A stretch of DNA of 64,000 nucleotides from Hyphomicrobiaceae bacterium. GTDB taxonomy: Bacteria > Pseudomonadota > Alphaproteobacteria > Rhizobiales > Hyphomicrobiaceae. The stretch lies in NCBI GenBank assembly GCA_041397765.1, contig JAWKWA010000008.1:94726-158725 (forward strand), read 5' to 3'. The translations under genes were made by a program, and so were the position numbers. The notes under the pieces are model-generated. The model was not told the DNA's origin. It searched no databases and saw only the letters and a list, made by a program, of their open reading frames with translations. Every line of letters starts with the position of its first letter. Within the stretch, counting starts at the first letter, position 1. Positions 59,048-64,000 of the stretch are shown one piece after another.

Positions 59048-59644
59048 ATGACAGCAACCAAGCCCACCCGTGGCCGCCCGAAAGGCTCCGGCATCAACGA
59101 CCGCGCCATCCTGCTCAGCATCGCCGGCCTCATCGTCGACAATCCGACGCTGAAGCGCACCACGGCCATCAAGCAGGCCGGCATCACCAATCCCTCGACC
59201 ATCCGCCGCCTGCGCGACAAGTTCGCCGCCGAAGGCGACACGCTGATTGCCGAGGTCGAGGCCTCGCGGGCCGCCGTCGCCACCGCCACCGAGCAGGCGG
59301 TCGCCGCGCCGGCCAAGTCGCGCCGCAAGTCGAAGGCTCCGGTAACGACCGTCGAGACGCCGGCCGCCGAGGCCGCTGCGATCGAGGAGCCGATCATTCA
59401 GATCTCTGCGACTGCCGCCGCCGCGCCGGCGGCGACTGCCGCGCCTGCGCCGGCTGCCGAGGATCCCAATATCGAGGCGATCGTCATGCAGGTGCTCGGC
59501 CAGGTGCTCGGCGCCGATATGCGCGCGCTTCAGTCCTCGCCGATCCTCGCGCTCCTGAAGGAGCAGATGAAGCTCATCGACACCGTGCTGCCGATCATTC
59601 GTCAGCAGATCGCGCAAGTGCAGCGCGTCACTCGCGCCGCCTGA
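59048..59644 (+). CDS. hypothetical protein with a basic N-terminal putative DNA-binding segment
   Basis: 198 aa. MTATKPTRGRPKGSGINDRAILLSIAGLIVDNPTLKRTTAIKQAGITNPSTIRRLRDKF (AT-hook-like GRPKGS plus helix-turn-helix-like). Ala/Pro-rich linker. Conserved-looking C-terminus. Preceded by a 190-nt low-GC region. Confidence 0.45.
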   Translation: MTATKPTRGRPKGSGINDRAILLSIAGLIVDNPTLKRTTAIKQAGITNPSTIRRLRDKFAAEGDTLIAEVEASRAAVATATEQAVAAPAKSRRKSKAPVTTVETPAAEAAAIEEPIIQISATAAAAPAATAAPAPAAEDPNIEAIVMQVLGQVLGADMRALQSSPILALLKEQMKLIDTVLPIIRQQIAQVQRVTRAA

Positions 59645-59881
59645 CCTCACGGCCGATCCTGCCGCAGCGATTCATCGACAACGACAAAGGGGACGGCCAC
59701 CACCGTCCCCTTTGTCATGTTCGCCAACCGCTCATGCGCCCGCACGCGGCAATCGCAATACGACACCGCGTCATCCGGACGGGCGAGCCGCGCTCGCCCG
59801 TCCTTGCGCCGCGGTCTCGCGCCCTGGCACGACCGCCTGATGCATGAGCTCCGAAGAGCTCATGCAAGGAGACGACGGCGC

Positions 59882-60730
59882 TCAGGCGATCAGCTTCTGC
59901 ACATAGCCCGGCAGTGCGAAGGCGGCAGCGTGGACCTCGGGCGAGTAATAGCGTGTGCCGATGCCCGTACCCGAGAAGCGCGCCGACAATGTCGCGACGT
60001 CGAGCTTCCTGAGACCGGTGTCGTCGCTGGCAAAGCCCATCGCCATCGGCCCGCCCACATAGGTCGGGATGGTGGCGAGATAAGCGCTGCCGTCGGCGAA
60101 GATCTCGCGGAAGTATGTGACCGACTGCGTCAGCTCCGCGCCCTGCATGAACGGCACGCCGTTCTGCGTGACGAGCACGCCGCCGGGCCTCAGCGCCCGA
60201 TGGCAATCGGCGTAGAAGCCCTTGGTGAAGAGCACCGCACCCGGCCCGATCGGATCGGTCGAATCGACGATGATCGCGTCGAACCGCTCGCTCGTCTCGG
60301 CGACGAACTTCAGCCCGTCGGCGATCACCACCTCGGTGCGCCGATCCTCGAAGGCGCCGGCCGACACCTCGGGAAAATGCCGAAGCGCCATGTCGACGAC
60401 CGTGCGATCGATCTCGCACAGCGTCGCTCTCTCGATCGAGCCGTGCTTCAGCACCTCGCGCAGGATGCCGCCGTCGCCGCCGCCGATGACGAGCACGCGC
60501 CGCGCCTCGCCGAGTGCGACGAGCGGCACATGCGTCATCATCTCGTGATAGATGAACTCGTCGGCGAGCGTGACCTGCACGACACCGTCGAGCGTCATCA
60601 CCCGCCCGAGCGTCTCGTTCTCGAAGATGACGAGGTGCTGATGATCGGTCCTGTCCTCGAAGAGGACGCGATCGACCCTCAGCCGCTGACGCCAGCTCGG
60701 ATAGAGGGTTTCGTCGATCCAACGCTCCAT
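59882..60730 (-). CDS. speE: spermidine synthase
   Basis: MERWIDETLYPSWRQRLRVDRVLFEDRTDHQHLVIFEN...VLVIGGGDGGILREV...DAIIVDSTDPIGPG. 282 aa. Confidence 0.9.
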   Translation of the reverse strand: MERWIDETLYPSWRQRLRVDRVLFEDRTDHQHLVIFENETLGRVMTLDGVVQVTLADEFIYHEMMTHVPLVALGEARRVLVIGGGDGGILREVLKHGSIERATLCEIDRTVVDMALRHFPEVSAGAFEDRRTEVVIADGLKFVAETSERFDAIIVDSTDPIGPGAVLFTKGFYADCHRALRPGGVLVTQNGVPFMQGAELTQSVTYFREIFADGSAYLATIPTYVGGPMAMGFASDDTGLRKLDVATLSARFSGTGIGTRYYSPEVHAAAFALPGYVQKLIA

Positions 60731-61218
60731 TCGCCATCCTCCAGCTTGTCGCCGCGCAGGTGCTCCTTCACCTCGATCCGCTCGGGACCGAAGGCATCCT
60801 GGAGCACGCCGATCGCCAGGTGCGGATTTGCCTTGCCGCACATGAAGACATCGAGAGCCGCATAGCCGGCTTCCGGCCAGCTATGGATCGAGATGTGGCT
60901 CTCTGCGAGCACGGCGACGCCGGAGACGCCGCCGTTGGGCGTGAAGTGGTGCAGATGGATATGCAGAAGCGTGGCGCCTGCCACATCGACACAGCGCTTC
61001 AGCGCCTCCTCGATATGGCCGATCTCGTCGAGCCTGCGCGCTCCGAACAGATCGATGATGAGATGCGTTCCGGCAAAGCGGACGCCATCCCGCTCGATGA
61101 AGTGATCCAGCCGGTCATCGTTGGCCGCGATGCCGGGGGTCCAGACAGATTCTTCCGTTCGGGTGGTGCTTGCTTCCAAGTCCATCCCCGATTGGAAGAG
61201 GGCGTCATGGTGTACCAT
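60679..61218 (-). CDS. speD: S-adenosylmethionine decarboxylase proenzyme (small bacterial SpeH-type)
   Basis: ...GTHLIIDLFGA...LHIHLHHFTPNGGVSGVAVLAESHISIHSWPE (processing Ser) AGYAALDVFMCG. Its 3' end overlaps speE by about 52 nt. Confidence 0.8.
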   Translation of the reverse strand: MVHHDALFQSGMDLEASTTRTEESVWTPGIAANDDRLDHFIERDGVRFAGTHLIIDLFGARRLDEIGHIEEALKRCVDVAGATLLHIHLHHFTPNGGVSGVAVLAESHISIHSWPEAGYAALDVFMCGKANPHLAIGVLQDAFGPERIEVKEHLRGDKLEDGEWSVGSTKPSIRAGVSG

Positions 61219-61393
61219 GGTGCTCTCCCCAACCTAGAGACAGATGATCGCGCCTCGCGATCAACGACGCGCGCTTATGATGGCATTTGGTGACGGCATC
61301 AAGAAAATTCACGGGCCGTCGCAAAAAATTCTGTCGCAGCCGCCATGAACGTGAGCCGAAGGTCTGCCGGCGTTTCCAGCCGGTCTTGCCGGC

Positions 61394-63607
61394 CTAATTG
61401 CCGCTGCCGCCGAGCATCTGCTGCAGCATGTCGCCGACGGCCTTCTTCTTGGCGGGGTCCTTGCCGGTCAGCGCGCCGAGCGCCTCGGCCACCGCGCCCT
61501 TCTTCTTCGATGCGCCCTTGCCGATCTCCTGCAGTACGCCGAGCGCCGCCTTCGGATCCTTGATGACGCCGGCAAGGTCGGGTGCAAAGCGCGGTTCGTC
61601 CCAGCTTCCGGTGATCCTGACCGGAATGACGATGCCCTTCTCGCCGCCCGTGGTGCCCTGGCCTTCGAGGCTCGCGACCAGCTTCGGCTCGATCGTGTAG
61701 TCGAGCGTGCGTGCCGGCATGTCGGCAGTGCCCGATCCCGCCACCCTCAGCAACGGGCTGACGAGCTTCAGGTCGGTGTTGGTGACGGTGCCGGCCGTGA
61801 TGGTGAATGTCCCCGACAGCTCGCTGAAATCGGTGCGCTCGTCGGCTCCGCTCTGCCAGCCGCTGAGCTGTCCCCGCCCGATCCCTCGCACGATCTTTGC
61901 GACATTGATGCCGACCACCGCGCCGTCATTGAAGGCGAACCGCCCCTGGCCGGTCAGCGTGCGCACGATGTCGCGCTGGTTGCGGCCCTGGCCGGTGAAG
62001 CCGAAGGAGAGATCGGCACGCCCGTCGATCCGCTCGAAATCTGCCGCGTCGCTGAGCAGCGGCAGCGCCTTCACTCCCGCAACCGTGAAATTGCTGTCGA
62101 GACGCAGCGTCGGCCGCCGCGAGTCGACGATGACGGTGCCGACGCCCTTGCCGCCGTAAAGGGCGATCTCCGGGAACCGCGCCTTCAGCATGCCGCCCTT
62201 CAGCGACACCTTGAGGACCGAGCGATCGAGCACGAGCTCCTGGTAGAGCAGCCGGCCGACGGTCAGCGAAGCCTCGGCATCGACGAGCCCGAGACCAGTG
62301 AGATCGATCGGATCGGTCGACCAGCCGTCGGCGGCTCGGCCAGCCTTGGCCCGTCGACGTTTCTTGGATTTCCTGGCGGTGTCCCCGGCATCGGCGTCGT
62401 CCGCTGTCGGCGTCCCGCCGCTCACCTCGGCCGCCTCCATCAGCTCGGCCGGAGCATCATCGCCCGCCGCCGAGCCACCTCCGCCGCCGAGATATTTGTT
62501 GGCGTCGAGCACGTCGAGCGCGAGGTCGGCCGTGATCCGCGGCGCCTTCCCGCCGAGCCCGACGGCGACTTCGCCGGTCATGGTTGCGCCATCGAGCGTG
62601 ATGCGGGCCTTCTTGACGGCGATGGTGTCCTTGACGAAGGAGAGTGCCGATCGGAGCGAGAGCGCGCCGAAGCCCTCGGCCTTCGGCAATGCGGCCCCGC
62701 CGAGCCGCGCGAGCCGGCGCACCGACGGCGTGTCGAGCTCGAGCATACCGGCGACGGCCGGCTCCGGCGTCACGGTGACCTCGCCCGAGAACCGGCTCTG
62801 CAGCGGCTCGCCGTCGAGCCGGAAGTCGACCTTGCTGCGACCGCCCTCGGCGAGCTCACGCGGCGCCTCGATATTGATTTCGAACGGCAGCGACTCGCCC
62901 CGCCACTCGACGAGACCCTTCGCGGTCAACGCCTCGTCGAGGCTCGGCAACGACAGTCTCATCTCGATGCCGGAGATCTCCTCCCGTGCCCCGTTGCGTT
63001 CGTCCTCGTAGACGAGCCGGCCGTCGACGATGGCGATGTCGCCGAGTCTCAGGCCCGCGAGCGCCGACAGATCGACCGGCCTGTCCGCATCCGCCGCCAC
63101 CTCGTCCTTGGCGCCTTCGCCGGTCCCGCCCCCGCTGCCGACGCTCGTGCGCAGCTCGGGCGTCGGCTCCGTCGCGACCGCCTCCGCCTCGCCACCGGCG
63201 TCGGCGGGCATGGCGAAATCCCAGGTCCGCCGGCCCTTCTTGTCGACCGCGAGGCGGAACACCGGCTTCACCAGCACGAAGCGGTCGACGCTGATCTCCC
63301 GCCGCAGGAGCGGCAGCAACGGCACATTGACGTCGAGCGAGCCCATTTCGATGAACGCATCGCTGCGCATGCCCTTGGGCGGCGAGAGCGTGACGTCCTT
63401 CAGCGCGATGCCGAGCCGGGGATAGAAGGTCAGCGAGGCGCCGCCCGCGACCACCAGATCGCGCCCGGTCGCCTCGCGCACCTGACGGACGAGCTGCTCG
63501 CGCACGAAATCGGTGGGAATCGCCATGTAGACGAAGGATGCCGCCGCCAGCACGAGGCAGGCGAGACCGAGAGCGGCATAGCCGAGCAGGCGAGCGAGTG
63601 GTCTCAC
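61394..63607 (-). CDS. AsmA family protein (outer-membrane assembly / lipid-transport-like)
   Basis: GTG start with ggaagga RBS. N-terminal TM LARLLGYAALGLACLVLAAASFVYMAI, then a long beta-rich AsmA-like sequence. C-terminus ...KKKAVGDMLQQMLGGSGN. Confidence 0.8.
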   Translation of the reverse strand: MRPLARLLGYAALGLACLVLAAASFVYMAIPTDFVREQLVRQVREATGRDLVVAGGASLTFYPRLGIALKDVTLSPPKGMRSDAFIEMGSLDVNVPLLPLLRREISVDRFVLVKPVFRLAVDKKGRRTWDFAMPADAGGEAEAVATEPTPELRTSVGSGGGTGEGAKDEVAADADRPVDLSALAGLRLGDIAIVDGRLVYEDERNGAREEISGIEMRLSLPSLDEALTAKGLVEWRGESLPFEINIEAPRELAEGGRSKVDFRLDGEPLQSRFSGEVTVTPEPAVAGMLELDTPSVRRLARLGGAALPKAEGFGALSLRSALSFVKDTIAVKKARITLDGATMTGEVAVGLGGKAPRITADLALDVLDANKYLGGGGGSAAGDDAPAELMEAAEVSGGTPTADDADAGDTARKSKKRRRAKAGRAADGWSTDPIDLTGLGLVDAEASLTVGRLLYQELVLDRSVLKVSLKGGMLKARFPEIALYGGKGVGTVIVDSRRPTLRLDSNFTVAGVKALPLLSDAADFERIDGRADLSFGFTGQGRNQRDIVRTLTGQGRFAFNDGAVVGINVAKIVRGIGRGQLSGWQSGADERTDFSELSGTFTITAGTVTNTDLKLVSPLLRVAGSGTADMPARTLDYTIEPKLVASLEGQGTTGGEKGIVIPVRITGSWDEPRFAPDLAGVIKDPKAALGVLQEIGKGASKKKGAVAEALGALTGKDPAKKKAVGDMLQQMLGGSGN

Positions 63608-64000
63608 GAGGCAAATCCTTCCCCGCCCGGCGCCCGGCCGATCCTGGACAAGACCCTCGAGCGATCCTGTCGAGGCCTCGCCCTTGCCGCCCGCGTCCCT
63701 GCGGCGGCGTTTCGGCGAGCGGGCGCACCCTGGCGGCAATACCCGAATCGATGACTGAAGTGTCGCGGCCCGGACCAGCGATGTCACGCACCGACCGCGA
63801 GATTTCACAGCTTCGGTGGCCAAAGATCGGATTTCAGACAGGTTTTTTTATGTCGGACGGGTGCGGAGCGTTCCAAGGTGGCCGATCCACTGCCCCCTGC
63901 TCCGCCGCTCCATGCCGGGCAGCCCTGTTTCCGGCACCCCAGGTCCGGGCACCGTCGTGCATTCGCCCCAGGCGTGATGTCGCTCAGAGCATGAAATCGG

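Overview
This 64 kb window is a high-GC (about 68%) chromosomal segment that looks alphaproteobacterial (Hyphomicrobiales/Bradyrhizobiaceae-like). The basis is REP-type hairpins such as cattcccgcgaaggcgggaatccag and ttcccgcctccgcgggaa, whose translations PAKAGIQ and LDSRLRGNDG appear in the ORF track. I found no rRNA, tRNA or CRISPR. Gene density is high and most long reverse-strand ORFs in the track are antisense artefacts of the GC content.

The most interesting part is the first ~15 kb, 113..14892 on the + strand. It is one co-directional operon with overlapping start and stop codons. Its gene order is: the tail of a B12-binding acyl-CoA mutase subunit, acyl-CoA synthetase, thiolase, a divergent mutase catalytic subunit, hydantoinase B then A (an ATP-dependent hydantoinase/lactamase pair), a fold-IV aminotransferase, an SDR, a CoxL-like Mo-hydroxylase large subunit with no small or medium partner, and a dimethylglycine-dehydrogenase-like FAD/GcvT protein that is broken by two frame shifts. 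I read this as a previously undescribed catabolic module for a cyclic amide or N-alkyl heterocycle feeding a B12-dependent acyl-CoA rearrangement. The substrate is unknown and this is inference.

The rest of the window is mostly housekeeping. It holds ruvB, lepA, dnaKJ, an RND efflux pump with a flotillin, DNA-repair genes (alkB, nth, an AraC-MGMT Ada-like fusion), gpmA, dapB, folD, a phasin, speDE and asmA. There is also an iron-homeostasis island: mbfA, the imelysin / DUF1111 di-heme / imelysin / DUF1513 cluster, a YkgJ-type Cys-rich protein and a LysR regulator.

Between lepA and dnaJ (18.9-24.3 kb) lies a decayed, repeat-rich stretch. It contains a 264-bp x3 tandem array directly upstream of lepA, three frame-disrupted genes (HTH-cupin regulator, GMC oxidoreductase, a prmB stump), an orphan hypothetical, and one copy of a ~100-nt two-hairpin repeat whose second copy sits downstream of mbfA.

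Smaller signals are a 7-nt x7 microsatellite, a 21-bp tandem duplication that duplicates a start codon, candidate operator dyads upstream of the phasin and LysR genes, and two clear intrinsic terminators.
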